Assembly: GCA_016181175.1 (NCBI GenBank)
Contig: JACOZV010000002.1
Span: forward strand, 64,115 to 128,114
DNA: 64,000 nt
Source of the DNA: Candidatus Yanofskybacteria bacterium
GTDB lineage: Bacteria > Patescibacteriota > Minisyncoccia > 2-02-FULL-40-12 > IGHO2-01-FULL-4-A
Reading direction: 5' to 3'
Shown here one piece after another: positions 1 through 9,552 of this stretch. The position numbers were made by a program, and so were the translations under genes. Position 1 is the stretch's first letter. Each line of letters begins with the position of its first letter. Below the pieces are notes generated by a model. The model was not told the origin of the DNA. It made no database searches and was given only the letters and a program-made list of their open reading frames with translations.

Positions 1-214
1 CGCCCTTGAAACCCAGCATACCCGCAGAAGAAAAAGCAAAGATGTTACCATTCGGATCTGTCACAGACACGATGGTATTATTGTATGAAGAAGAAATATT
101 GATTGTCCCTTTAAACACCTGTTTTTTAGATGACTTTTTGGCCGTTCCAACATCTGCCGTGTTTTCGGCAGTCGTATTCTGTCCAGAAGTTGTTATGATT
201 CTTTTTTTACCCAT
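1..214 (-). CDS. rpsK: 30S ribosomal protein S11 (N-terminal part; runs off the window)
   Basis: Manual translation MGKKRII...[36 protein letters not shown]; ATG overlaps the rpsM stop (TAATG). Confidence 0.95.
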   Translation of the reverse strand, partial: MGKKRIITTSGQNTTAENTADVGTAKKSSKKQVFKGTINISSSYNNTIVSVTDPNGNIFAFSSAGMLGFKG

Positions 215-600
215 TATGTTTTTTGTGCCGTTGGTTTCCTACCAGAACCCATGGTCTTTCTTACATTACCTCTTGTGGTGCGGGAATTGGTTTTTGTTCG
301 GCCATGGATTGGCAGGCGCCTCGCGTGTCTTACTCCGCGCCAGACACTGATTTCTTTCAATCTTTTTATGTTTTCTGAAACTTCGCGTCGTAAATCCCCC
401 TCAACTTTATAGTTGCGATCAATAATGCTTTGAATGCGATTGATTTCCTCCGAAGTTAGTTCTTTGGCGCGTTTATCTTTCGATACGTTTGCTGATTTTA
501 AAATTATTCGACTATTGGTCGGACCAATGCCGTATATATAGCTCAATGAGTACTCTATTTTTTTGTTGTCTGGAATATTAATTCCTGAAATTCTAGCCAT
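214..600 (-). CDS. rpsM: 30S ribosomal protein S13
   Basis: [10 protein letters not shown]...IYGIG...RTKTNSRT motifs; lies between rpmJ and rpsK. Confidence 0.98.
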   Translation of the reverse strand: MARISGINIPDNKKIEYSLSYIYGIGPTNSRIILKSANVSKDKRAKELTSEEINRIQSIIDRNYKVEGDLRREVSENIKRLKEISVWRGVRHARRLPIHGRTKTNSRTTRGNVRKTMGSGRKPTAQKT

Positions 601-605
601 GATAG

Positions 606-719
606 TTAGCCCTGACGTTGTTTGTGTTTCGGATTACTGCAAATACAATACAACTTGCCTTTGCGGCGTACCAATTTGCAATTATTACATATTTTTTTTA
701 CAGAAACTCTGACTTTCAT
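606..719 (-). CDS. rpmJ: 50S ribosomal protein L36 (Zn-binding type)
   Basis: Manual translation [37 protein letters not shown]; below the ORF-track size cutoff. Confidence 0.97.
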   Translation of the reverse strand: MKVRVSVKKICNNCKLVRRKGKLYCICSNPKHKQRQG

Positions 720-832
720 CCCGTTAGAAGTCGCTGCTACGCAGCCTTACGCATAAGTTACAGCTGCACAATAAGACTTTTGATTATTTATTAGTTATGA
801 CTGCAAACCCGTTAGGGCGACTTCTAACGGGA
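720..832. mobile_element. CCCGTTAG miniature inverted-repeat element, copy 1
   Basis: Terminal IR CCCGTTAGAAGTCGC/GCGACTTCTAACGGG; flanked by TTCAT direct repeats (715-719, 833-837); abuts the rpmJ start codon. Confidence 0.8.
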
Positions 833-852
833 TTCATATTTGTGCTTATGGC

Positions 853-1062
853 TTACCTGCGGTAGATGATTCTTCCTTTTGTCCCATCGGGGCTTAGTTC
901 CAGTGTTACTTTATCGCCAATTATCACCTTTATATGGTTCATTCTCATTTTTCCCGCTAAATACGCCAAAACTTCTCTACCATCGTTGAGTTTGACCTTA
1001 AATTTTGTGTCGGGCAAGGCATCTATAACAATGCCTTCTTCTTTTAATTTTTGATCACTCAA
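853..1062 (-). CDS. infA: translation initiation factor IF-1
   Basis: EGIVIDALPDTKFKVKL...LAGKMRMNHIKV..GDKV...GRIIYR. Confidence 0.97.
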   Translation of the reverse strand: MSDQKLKEEGIVIDALPDTKFKVKLNDGREVLAYLAGKMRMNHIKVIIGDKVTLELSPDGTKGRIIYRR

Positions 1063-1138
1063 GCTTTTATTTAAATAAAGAAAAAACCAGATTTCACTTG
1101 GAAATCAGGCTATTCTTAACCTTATTCCATTGTTTTTA

Positions 1139-1167
1139 AGTCTAGCAGAACGCTATTTGCATGTCAA
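1139..1167 (-). promoter_or_regulatory. sigma70-type promoter for infA-rpmJ-rpsM-rpsK
   Basis: TTGACA-17 bp-TAGACT with TG extension on the minus strand. Confidence 0.65.
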
Positions 1168-1171
1168 TCCC

Positions 1172-2869
1172 CTATTCTTTTTCTATGCTTATTTTAATTC
1201 TTGTCTGATCCTTCGGGATGCTTTTGACCCAAAATGGCGAAAGAGTAATACGGGCTGATTCAACTTCTTTCATGTTTTTAAAGTAATCACGTATGGCATC
1301 TTCTTTCATTCCCTGTATATCTTTGAGTATTTTTTCTTGATCTACTTTAACGGCTGCTTGTCCGGAAACTTGCATGTCAAAAGTCATTGTTGTGTTGTCA
1401 GTATTATTTTGGGGGTTGGTAGAGTTAAGTGTCAGGTTTTTTTCCACTAGTTCCAAATTACCCTTTTGGGAGATATAGTTTTTAATTAATTCTAAAATGT
1501 CAGATTCGCGAAAAGCTAGAGTACTAGCTGTCCCGCCAACTGTTATTTGGAAGTTTTCTACCGCCTCACCAACTTTGGCATTTGATATTGGCGGATCAAA
1601 TTTTATCATGATTGAATCCAGGATTTTTAGTTCGCCTGCCTGATCATTGAGTGATTGTAATATCTTTTCTTTAAGTTTTGCAGTAACAGCTTCCTGTCCC
1701 TTGATAAAATCTTCTTCGGTAACCACTTTTGAGAGTCCGATGACGCCGCCAGTCATTGGTTTTTCAGATTCAGCGTAGAAATCTTCAAACTTCGGTGTTC
1801 CTTCTAGACCGGGCACTGAAAAGGTGGTAGGAGCGATATTATATTCCGGTCCCGGCCTATCGGCATAAACTGCCGATTCAATCACGCCTTCTGTTGCTAC
1901 GGTGCCCGTCTTGGTCGCGGCTGGTACGGTGATAGTCTGGGGGATTCTGAAAATCAAGCCATCTTGTGATTTAAACCTGGTAGTGGCAACAAGACGTTGG
2001 GTCGTGAACCCCTTGTTGTATATAGTGATTTTACCGCTTGCTTTTTGGGCCACATCTTTCTGGCCGGTAGCCTCGAATGTACCGGACTCGCTGTCCTTAT
2101 AGCCAAAGCGCTGGCCGGGTATGCGATTAAAATCAAAATCTACTGATGTTGCCAAACTTGAGGCCGAAATCTTGAGTGGAAAGTTAAGGTCTTGTTTCTG
2201 GGGGCTGATTATTATTCGAGCGCTGCCAAGCGTAGTGTAGAGAACAAGAATTAAAACCAAAACCGCTCCGCTGGCTAGAAAAAATGGAGTTTTCCTGAAA
2301 ATTCCCGAAGCTTTTATTTTTTTTATTCGAGCAGTGTCTTGATTTGTCCGCGCCCAAACGCTTGTTATGTCGCCGGCAATTTTTTCTTCCTTAATTCCTC
2401 TTGTAATCTCCACGTCAAACGGGTTTGTTGTTTCTTCTTTAATTTTTATTGGCCGTTTTGTTTCATACTCTGGTCTTACAATATCTTTTATTACTTTGGG
2501 CATGGTTGTTGTTTTAACGGCTGCCAATTGAATGTCTGGCTCCGATTCAGCGTATTGTTCTACTGTGGTTTGTTCTGATGTACTTATCACTGTTGGACTG
2601 TCGTGTTTTTTGATTTCCGGAGACTTAATCAGCTCTATCTTATTTTGTGAAGCAAATTGTTCAACGATAGGATCGCTGGTCATTATGCTGACATGTTTGC
2701 CGGATGAATCCGCCTCGCGCTTGATGGCGGTGAAATGCTGGGATTGTCTTGCAAGCTTGGAACCCTTGGGAAAAATAAAAATTACCTCTTCAGACTCTGT
2801 ATTTTTGAACAAATCAAAAACCTCGTCAAAATTTTCATTTTTGAGGACATGGATTATTTTGGTTGACAT
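1172..2869 (-). CDS. CPR-type membrane-anchored protein with baseplate-J-like beta domain
   Basis: 565 aa; one TM near residue 200; KASGKITIYN, TTRF...GLIFR, ADRPGPEYNI and C-terminal PFWVKSIP pattern recalled from this family. Confidence 0.6.
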   Translation of the reverse strand: MSTKIIHVLKNENFDEVFDLFKNTESEEVIFIFPKGSKLARQSQHFTAIKREADSSGKHVSIMTSDPIVEQFASQNKIELIKSPEIKKHDSPTVISTSEQTTVEQYAESEPDIQLAAVKTTTMPKVIKDIVRPEYETKRPIKIKEETTNPFDVEITRGIKEEKIAGDITSVWARTNQDTARIKKIKASGIFRKTPFFLASGAVLVLILVLYTTLGSARIIISPQKQDLNFPLKISASSLATSVDFDFNRIPGQRFGYKDSESGTFEATGQKDVAQKASGKITIYNKGFTTQRLVATTRFKSQDGLIFRIPQTITVPAATKTGTVATEGVIESAVYADRPGPEYNIAPTTFSVPGLEGTPKFEDFYAESEKPMTGGVIGLSKVVTEEDFIKGQEAVTAKLKEKILQSLNDQAGELKILDSIMIKFDPPISNAKVGEAVENFQITVGGTASTLAFRESDILELIKNYISQKGNLELVEKNLTLNSTNPQNNTDNTTMTFDMQVSGQAAVKVDQEKILKDIQGMKEDAIRDYFKNMKEVESARITLSPFWVKSIPKDQTRIKISIEKE

Positions 2870-2929
2870 TAGCCAACCTAATTATAACACTTTTAATATA
2901 AACAATAAAAAAAACCGCGTATATGCGGT

Positions 2930-3526
2930 TTAACTTTGTCCAATCAGTTTTTGGTCGGGTTTTTCCATATCGGAAATATCTTGCCTTAAAACTCCAACTG
3001 TTTTTCGGAATTCATAAAACGTTAGAGGCTCGTTGTGAAAAGATGTCCATCTTAAAAAGCATGACTTAATACGAATATAAATGAAAAAACAAACAAGGAA
3101 ACCCATTGTTCCTGCAAAAAATTTAAAACCAAGATACCCAAGAGTATAAGTAGTATCACTTACTAACATCAATGAGCGTATAAATGACCAAAGAGAGATA
3201 GCCGATAACCCCAAGAGATTTAATTTTACAAAGTAGCGTAATGCCATGCTTAAAAGCAAAGATTTAAGAGTCATTTTATACACCTGCAGCTTCGTATTTT
3301 TGTTTTCCACAATGTCTTGGATTCTATAACTGGCTATGCCCAGTTTATTTACCAAAAAAAGTTCTACGGTACGTTTGGCTATTCCTCTGATATGCTCTAA
3401 CTTAGTTTGTCTTTTTTGTTCCAATTCCGATTTTTGTTTTTCTAATTCAAGCCATTTTTTCTCTCGGGCTTCCATTAATGCCAAAGCCAACGGGTCCTGC
3501 TTAAACAAGCTTGTTGAGTTTTTCAT
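2930..3526 (-). CDS. hypothetical membrane protein with N-terminal coiled coil
   Basis: 198 aa, SD-led, hydrophobic segments in the C-terminal half; N-terminus resembles 3545-4147. Confidence 0.75.
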   Translation of the reverse strand: MKNSTSLFKQDPLALALMEAREKKWLELEKQKSELEQKRQTKLEHIRGIAKRTVELFLVNKLGIASYRIQDIVENKNTKLQVYKMTLKSLLLSMALRYFVKLNLLGLSAISLWSFIRSLMLVSDTTYTLGYLGFKFFAGTMGFLVCFFIYIRIKSCFLRWTSFHNEPLTFYEFRKTVGVLRQDISDMEKPDQKLIGQS

Positions 3527-3544
3527 ATGATCCCCCTTTTATCC

Positions 3545-4147
3545 TTATTCAACAAGTTTCTGGCACTTGACTTCCAATTCGGCAATATTTTTTATACAGC
3601 AAGCGATAACTTTAGTCACGAGTTTGCCTAGCGGGGGTATGTTTGGATAAGAGTTCTTGAACAAAGTTTGTAAAACTTTACCTATTGAGTCTGTATTACA
3701 AACCCAATCATAAGCCACGGTAAGCATCGTCATGATTGTAAATGACATAAGCGGAATAACCGGGCTGATTAATCTGGATATTGCCATCCATCCGAGTAAG
3801 AAAGTTAGAGGGAGGGTTAACAAGGTAAATGGTTTTGTCATCCAATATATTCTTCTCCATTTTTTTAGGTCCATGATGACAGAACGCAATACTTTGATTT
3901 TTGAGTGAGTATCGTTCAGTACCCTATCAATATGTTGTGGTGTCATGTCTGCAAGTTCTTTTAAGTATTGCCTGCACAACTGATCAGGCAGGCTATTTAA
4001 ATGGATAATATAATTTTTTTCTTGTTGTTCAAGCTCCTCTTTTTTTTCTTGCTTTTTTAACTCTAATTTTTTGATTTTTTCTTGTTCGGCTTCTTGTATG
4101 GCAGTGGCCAATACGTCTTGACCGATTAATCCAGTTTGATTTTCCAT
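3545..4147 (-). CDS. hypothetical membrane protein with N-terminal coiled coil
   Basis: 200 aa, SD AGGAGG, two TM segments; QDVLATAIQEAEQEK resembles QDPLALALMEAREKK. Confidence 0.75.
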   Translation of the reverse strand: MENQTGLIGQDVLATAIQEAEQEKIKKLELKKQEKKEELEQQEKNYIIHLNSLPDQLCRQYLKELADMTPQHIDRVLNDTHSKIKVLRSVIMDLKKWRRIYWMTKPFTLLTLPLTFLLGWMAISRLISPVIPLMSFTIMTMLTVAYDWVCNTDSIGKVLQTLFKNSYPNIPPLGKLVTKVIACCIKNIAELEVKCQKLVE

Positions 4148-4161
4148 TTTCCCCTCCTTTT

Positions 4162-4947
4162 CTATGCAATTTGTAATGAGTTAAGCATGCTCTGGAATTT
4201 TTCCAGATTGAAAAGTTCTGCTTTTTCTGTTTTGACTTCCTTGGTTTCCAGCTCGCCATCCTTGACCCGCAAAAGCCACTCTCGGCTTAAAATAATCATC
4301 AGACCGTCAATGACTTTGCTTGGCCGTCTGAAGTCAAAATAATCCCGCAGTTCTTGATGGCTGATATCGTTTGACTCAACCCCGATCAACTGCCGGAAAC
4401 TTAGCCAGCCGTCCTCGGTTTTCAAAATGTGATTCAGTTTTATGTCCATCCTGACGGTTGTCAATTTGGACATTGACCCGCAACAGCGAATACTAGTTTC
4501 TTGAACCAGGTGTTCCCAATGAGCAAATGAGCGCAGTACCGTCATCAATGTTGCATCGCGCGGTTTGAAAATTTCCGCGTATTTCTGCAAGTCGGCAATC
4601 AATGTGGGATGTGAAGGAAAACAAGTCGTTTCATCCCAGGCAGTCGGACAACTTATGAGTTCGTCATTGAGATGGCTAATTAATTTATGTTGAGCTTCAA
4701 GAGCAATGGCTACAACATTAAGAAAATCAGAATTTTTGGTCAAAAGTTTCGAGTTGCCGATGGCAATTTTTGCGCGTATGGAATTGATTAGTAGTTGTAA
4801 CTTCTGCAGGCAGTCCGCATAGTCAATAAATATTGTGTTACCATGTTTCGTAAGCGCAAGTTCCTGGTTCACTACTGTCATTCTTGCTCCCAAATTTTCA
4901 AGGATCTTAGGTTGGTTTAACATAGCACAGATAATTGTTTCCGTCAA
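4162..4947 (-). CDS. hypothetical helical protein
   Basis: 261 aa ORF co-oriented in the operon; TTG start; no recognisable motif. Confidence 0.65.
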   Translation of the reverse strand: MTETIICAMLNQPKILENLGARMTVVNQELALTKHGNTIFIDYADCLQKLQLLINSIRAKIAIGNSKLLTKNSDFLNVVAIALEAQHKLISHLNDELISCPTAWDETTCFPSHPTLIADLQKYAEIFKPRDATLMTVLRSFAHWEHLVQETSIRCCGSMSKLTTVRMDIKLNHILKTEDGWLSFRQLIGVESNDISHQELRDYFDFRRPSKVIDGLMIILSREWLLRVKDGELETKEVKTEKAELFNLEKFQSMLNSLQIA

Positions 4948-4991
4948 ATTAAAAACTCTGGATTTCCAGAGTTTAAGTAAAAGAACAAAAA

Positions 4992-5975
4992 TTAAATGGA
5001 TTCTGCCGTTTGTGTCGGTTTTAGAGCAAGTTTTTCGGTGGTAGCTTGCAGGGTCTTGAGTTTGCCCATAATTCGGCTTTGGCCGGTTTGGAGCAGTTTC
5101 TTTAGGTCTGATGAAGCGATTCTGTAATTGTTAACCAAAGTTGCCGCATCTACCGCCGTTTCAATGGCGTTGAGCGAGGCCTGGAATGTCGCCACTACCG
5201 CATCCTTTGACGCGTACATTGACTGGTTCATGTCAACCATCGTCTGCGCCGAATCACGGATTACCGCAACCGGCCGGTAAATATTAACATAGTCAAAGTA
5301 TTGGCCTACGCCGCGGTGGAAAATTTCCAGTCCGGCGGAACAAACCTTGCTTAAAGTATGTATCAGCTCTTCGCCGATGATAATGTTAGATAGTAATTGT
5401 TCCAACAACTGAATCTTGCGTTTCTCCCGCTCTTCAGGATCTAAGATGCTAAATTCTTTGTCCAGAAGGCGCGCTACTTCTTCATAGATTGGCACGCCGG
5501 CCCGTTCGGCCATATAATGCTGTAACTGTTGGGCATCCCAGTTTTCTTTTTGCGCCGTTGCGATATCAGCCGCCAGATTATCCAGATCTTCAGCTTTGGC
5601 TTGGGCACAGGCAGCAATGTTACGCAATGCGTCCTGCGTATTGTTGACGTTGGTGCGCATTAGTCGTTCAATTAGCTCAAGAACGTCGTATTCCTCGGCT
5701 ATGAATTTCACCATGCCATCGGGCAGTGAGTCGTAGAATTTTCTGGGAATTATGAAATGCAATACCTGTGCCATTAAACTCCTTGTTCTGTCAGTCGGCA
5801 GGTCAAGAGCTTTCTTGACCAGTTTGTTGTTATTCGCCAGTTCTTCTTTGCTAGCGTTCAATGCCTTCATATTTTCTTTCAAAGACCTGTCGTTGGGTGA
5901 TTGGAAGTTTCTCTTATAACTTGAAACGGAAAACTTAGAAGATTGTCTGTTGCTTGGTACAATCATGTTTGTCAT
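4992..5975 (-). CDS. coiled-coil protein, possibly TelA/KlaB-like
   Basis: 327 aa, apparently all-helical, strong SD; family resemblance judged by eye only. Confidence 0.45.
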   Translation of the reverse strand: MTNMIVPSNRQSSKFSVSSYKRNFQSPNDRSLKENMKALNASKEELANNNKLVKKALDLPTDRTRSLMAQVLHFIIPRKFYDSLPDGMVKFIAEEYDVLELIERLMRTNVNNTQDALRNIAACAQAKAEDLDNLAADIATAQKENWDAQQLQHYMAERAGVPIYEEVARLLDKEFSILDPEEREKRKIQLLEQLLSNIIIGEELIHTLSKVCSAGLEIFHRGVGQYFDYVNIYRPVAVIRDSAQTMVDMNQSMYASKDAVVATFQASLNAIETAVDAATLVNNYRIASSDLKKLLQTGQSRIMGKLKTLQATTEKLALKPTQTAESI

Positions 5976-5989
5976 GGTTTCCTCCTTTT

Positions 5990-6442
5990 TTAGTTCGGAA
6001 AATAATAATTATCTTTGCCGTATATTGATTTTAATTTCTTTGTATGAATACGATACCAGAAACTGTAAAGCAAAAATTCATCGTAGCTGTTGTTTCTAGT
6101 ATGTAGGTTAACAAGGTCTATAGCCATCGTTATTAATCCTACCGGGTTGCTGATCACAAAAATAATTTGTATAATTGACCAAAACTTAGAGCGGTCGTAA
6201 ATCTTTTCAGCCAATAATTCTTTTTCTCTTTTTTCCAGACTGTCTACTTGATTTTTAGACAAGCCCTCAAACTTGTAAGCGAGTACGTAAAAAATATTTA
6301 AAAATTCACTTTTTCTATTTTGTATTTGAGTAGCTTGTTTAGCAGTCCGATGTTTTTCTTGCAATTCCCCTAACTTTTTCAAGAATCTTTCTTTTTCAGT
6401 ATTTGCAATTAATTTATTATCCATTGTGGCCCCATTATCCAT
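5990..6442 (-). CDS. hypothetical membrane protein (paralog of 6971-7447)
   Basis: Shares AY.F.GL...Q, hydrophobic P..G.I and RI..KL....G.D pattern with 6971-7447. Confidence 0.7.
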   Translation of the reverse strand: MDNGATMDNKLIANTEKERFLKKLGELQEKHRTAKQATQIQNRKSEFLNIFYVLAYKFEGLSKNQVDSLEKREKELLAEKIYDRSKFWSIIQIIFVISNPVGLITMAIDLVNLHTRNNSYDEFLLYSFWYRIHTKKLKSIYGKDNYYFPN

Positions 6443-6444
6443 GG

Positions 6445-6666
6445 CTATCTCCTAAAATATTTCTTGGCTATCAAATATACAGTTCCCACAACTACAGTCG
6501 GCAAGATAAGCCACGACGCGACTATCCACGCAATCCCGATCAGTCCGAAGGTGACTTTTAACGCCACATATCCGCCGATTGCCAATGCGCCAACCTTAGC
6601 CAATCCAGTCCATCGGTTTCTCGGAAAAGATATTGTCCAAGTTTCTCTTTTCGCCAGGTTATTCAT
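6445..6666 (-). CDS. small 2-TM membrane protein
   Basis: 73 aa, two hydrophobic helices, basic C-terminus; overlaps the upstream gene. Confidence 0.7.
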   Translation of the reverse strand: MNNLAKRETWTISFPRNRWTGLAKVGALAIGGYVALKVTFGLIGIAWIVASWLILPTVVVGTVYLIAKKYFRR

Positions 6667-6955
6667 CGTTTTTTCCTAGTTGATTCTTGTTTTTTACGTT
6701 TGCTAATATATTTTCTACTAACAGTTTTATGTTTGAAGTTGCTTGTTCGTGCGTGAAACCCATACTTATCAATTTGTCATATTGATCAAGCAGTTGTTCT
6801 TCAAAAACTTGATAATTAATTTGGGCATTGATTTTGGTTTGGATAAATTTACCCACAGCAAACATTCCAGCCGCAATTTTGATCAGGGGTTTAGCTTTTC
6901 TAAACAGCTGTTCCATATCAACGTCAGTTTTTGAAGTCGTGTTTTTTGGTGTCAT
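6659..6955 (-). CDS. hypothetical protein
   Basis: 98 aa, SD AGGAGG; leader nearly identical to that of 4992-5975. Confidence 0.7.
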   Translation of the reverse strand: MTPKNTTSKTDVDMEQLFRKAKPLIKIAAGMFAVGKFIQTKINAQINYQVFEEQLLDQYDKLISMGFTHEQATSNIKLLVENILANVKNKNQLGKNDE

Positions 6956-6970
6956 GGTTCCCTCCTTTAA

Positions 6971-7447
6971 TTAGTAACCGTCGTAGTCATATTCCCCATT
7001 TATGGCCTTATTTAATATTTCGTGGCAAATAAAATCCTCGCCGCACATTTTTTGTAGTTTTTTATAGATGCGGCAGTAATTAAAATTGGTAAACCGGGTT
7101 GCCAAATAAATCCACCCCAAGATAGGGACAAAACCAAATAGAATTTCCAATTTTGCCCGTGGTTTAGCTTTCGTAAGAATCAATTTGCTTAAAATTTTTA
7201 GTTTTTCAGGGGTATAGGTTTCTAACTGCTTACGGTCAAGACCATAAAAAGCATAAGCAAACCTGACAAAGCATATTGAAAAATTGATTCTTAAATGGCA
7301 TAATTTTTCGGCTTTTTTAGCGGTTGGGTTTTGTCTCTGCATGTTCATTATTTCTGCCAGAAGTTGTTCTTCAGGTTTATTTGCAATCATTTGTTCTCGT
7401 TGGTTGGTCATCGTTTGTTCTTGGACAGTAGTATTAGCATCTGTCAT
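6971..7447 (-). CDS. hypothetical membrane protein, first gene of the orphan operon
   Basis: ATG at 7447 follows GGAGG; paralog of 5990-6442. Confidence 0.7.
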   Translation of the reverse strand: MTDANTTVQEQTMTNQREQMIANKPEEQLLAEIMNMQRQNPTAKKAEKLCHLRINFSICFVRFAYAFYGLDRKQLETYTPEKLKILSKLILTKAKPRAKLEILFGFVPILGWIYLATRFTNFNYCRIYKKLQKMCGEDFICHEILNKAINGEYDYDGY

Positions 7448-7506
7448 AATTGCCTCCAAAGTAGAGATTTTTTGAGTATTTTAAAGGTTCAAAACTCACG
7501 GTTGAA

Positions 7507-7535
7507 AGTATAACTAAAACAATACAAGATGTCAA
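7507..7535 (-). promoter_or_regulatory. sigma70-type promoter of the 2930-7447 operon
   Basis: TTGACA-17 bp-TATACT on the minus strand. Confidence 0.7.
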
Positions 7536-7555
7536 GTTAAATGGGGTATGGTAAC

Positions 7556-7582
7556 AAAAAAACGGGTTTACCCGTTTTTTTT
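7556..7582. terminator. intrinsic terminator downstream of alaS
   Basis: A-tract, CGGG/CCCG stem, T-tract. Confidence 0.65.
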
Positions 7583-7593
7583 GATGAAAATTG

Positions 7594-9309
7594 TTAACTA
7601 ATGTCTGCCCTTATCCGCCGAGTACCAGCGGAGATTGATTCTTCTTTTTTTATTTTAAATTTGCCGATTTCGCCGGTGTGAGCAACATGAGGCCCTCCGC
7701 AGAGTTCACGGCTGAATGGCTTATCATCGGAGCCAATTGTGTATACCTTCACAATCGGCGGATATTTGAGTTTGAAGAAAGCCAAAGCGCCTTTTTTGAG
7801 CGCTTCTTCGTATGGCATTTCCCGCGTAGTTACCGGGAGGTCTTGATCAATGGCTTTATTCACGATTTCTTCAACTTGTTTGATGTCTTCGCTAGTCATT
7901 TTGCGTGGGAATGTAAAGTCAAATCTTAAGCGTTCTGGGGTAATGTCAGACCCGGCTTGATGCACTTCTTCGCCCAGTACTTTGCGCAATGAAGCATGCA
8001 GAAGATGTGTTGCGGTATGCAGACGTGTAACCTTGGCCAATTCTTCCTCGCTGCCGGCTTTTAATTCCCCGGTGTCCAATATTAACCCATGTCCGCCAAA
8101 TTTTTTTTCTGCGCCGGCACGTGATTTGGCCTGGTGTTTTTTAAATTCCTCATCAAACGCTTCACGAGTTAGATTTTTGGCTTTTCCTGAATCTTTAATG
8201 CTTTCGTAAGGTAAACCGTAACTCTCATAAAGTTTAAAAGCGGCTAACAAATCAACAATTTCTAATTTATTTAATTCTGCCAAACCACGCGACATCGTTT
8301 TCCAAAATTTTTCGGCTTCTTCTTTGAATACCTCCCGTATTTTATTCTCGTCCAAATTGGCATAGAAATATTTATATTCGTGAATGACAGAGTTCAATAT
8401 CTCATAAAGATTGGCGGTATCATTTCTTTTTACTATGATTCGACGTATCAAACGTCTCAAAACATAGCCCTGATCTTTATTTGAAGGTAAAACTCCGTCA
8501 GAAATAAGAAAAACAACTGCCCTAGCGTGGTCAGCAATGATTCTCGGTAGCCCATTTCCAAAAGCAAAGAGGTCTGTTTCAAAAATATTTTTTTTGTTTT
8601 GGACTGCCATTGCCAGCCGCTCTAGCCCCATACCGGTATCCACGCCCCGCTTCTTTAGGGGTTCAAATTTAAAATCTTTTGTACAATTATATTCATTAAA
8701 AACAATATTCCAAATTTCAACACCTTTAACATATATTTCTGTTGTCGGTCCGCAGGGACCCTCGTCTCCGGTGGGACCCCAAAAATTATCACGCAATCCA
8801 TTTATTCCTTTTCTCGCCTCTATTTTTATGTTTGGGTCAATTTTCTTCCAAATTTGTTCCGAATCTTTATCTGTTGGCACGGGGTCGGCTTTAATTTTTT
8901 TTAATTCAAATATCTCATGCGTGTCTGCTCCGCCAAATACCGAGATATAATCAATCTCTAACCCCATTTCCTTGGTGATAAATTCATGGGCGTATTCAAT
9001 CGCTTCTTTTTTCCAGTAACCGCCGAAACTGAAATTCCCGAGCATTTCAAAGAAAGTAAGGTGCGATTCGTCCCCCACCTCGTCTATATCAGAGGTACGG
9101 ATGCATTTTTGGATGGATGCGGCGTTGAGAGAACCAAAATCTTTCATCGGATCGGCTTCGCCGGTATAGTATGGTTTGAACTGCTGCATGCCGGCGGTAG
9201 TAAAAAGCACCGATGGATCATTCGGCAAAAGCGAGCTTGATGGAACAATCTTGTGTCCCCTATCTTCAAAAAACTTTAGGAATTTTTTGCGTATCTCAAG
9301 GTGTGTCAC
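7594..9309 (-). CDS. alaS: alanine--tRNA ligase (short form without C-Ala domain)
   Basis: LFTTAGMQQFK, HLTFFEMLGNFS, DTGMGLER, editing motifs HTATHLL and ELCGGPH. Confidence 0.97.
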   Translation of the reverse strand: MTHLEIRKKFLKFFEDRGHKIVPSSSLLPNDPSVLFTTAGMQQFKPYYTGEADPMKDFGSLNAASIQKCIRTSDIDEVGDESHLTFFEMLGNFSFGGYWKKEAIEYAHEFITKEMGLEIDYISVFGGADTHEIFELKKIKADPVPTDKDSEQIWKKIDPNIKIEARKGINGLRDNFWGPTGDEGPCGPTTEIYVKGVEIWNIVFNEYNCTKDFKFEPLKKRGVDTGMGLERLAMAVQNKKNIFETDLFAFGNGLPRIIADHARAVVFLISDGVLPSNKDQGYVLRRLIRRIIVKRNDTANLYEILNSVIHEYKYFYANLDENKIREVFKEEAEKFWKTMSRGLAELNKLEIVDLLAAFKLYESYGLPYESIKDSGKAKNLTREAFDEEFKKHQAKSRAGAEKKFGGHGLILDTGELKAGSEEELAKVTRLHTATHLLHASLRKVLGEEVHQAGSDITPERLRFDFTFPRKMTSEDIKQVEEIVNKAIDQDLPVTTREMPYEEALKKGALAFFKLKYPPIVKVYTIGSDDKPFSRELCGGPHVAHTGEIGKFKIKKEESISAGTRRIRADIS

Positions 9310-9473
9310 TATTTGTAATTAAACTTTTTAATAAATCGGCGTACAGTTTTTACAACAAGCAAAATAATAGCCAAAATCAAAAACAGCCACATCAACCAAA
9401 TGGTCAAACTTAAAACCAGACCAATCAAAAATAAACCGATAAAAATTGTAATTAAAGTTTCTAAGATACCCAT
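9309..9473 (-). CDS. small membrane protein (54 aa)
   Basis: Manual translation MGILETLITIFIGLFLIGLVLSLTIWLMWLFLILAIILLVVKTVRRFIKKFNYK*; stop overlaps the alaS start. Confidence 0.55.
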   Translation of the reverse strand: MGILETLITIFIGLFLIGLVLSLTIWLMWLFLILAIILLVVKTVRRFIKKFNYK

Positions 9474-9477
9474 TTTT

Positions 9478-9552
9478 TGGGGGGATCTAGGGGATTCGAA
9501 CCCCTGACCCTTCTGCCACAGAGAAGTGTGTTGCCATTACACCAAGATCCCC
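9478..9552 (-). tRNA. tRNA-His(GTG)
   Basis: G-1, acceptor GGGATCT/AGATCCC, anticodon arm CTTCT-CTGTGGC-AGAAG, TTCGAAT loop, C73, encoded CCA. Confidence 0.92.
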
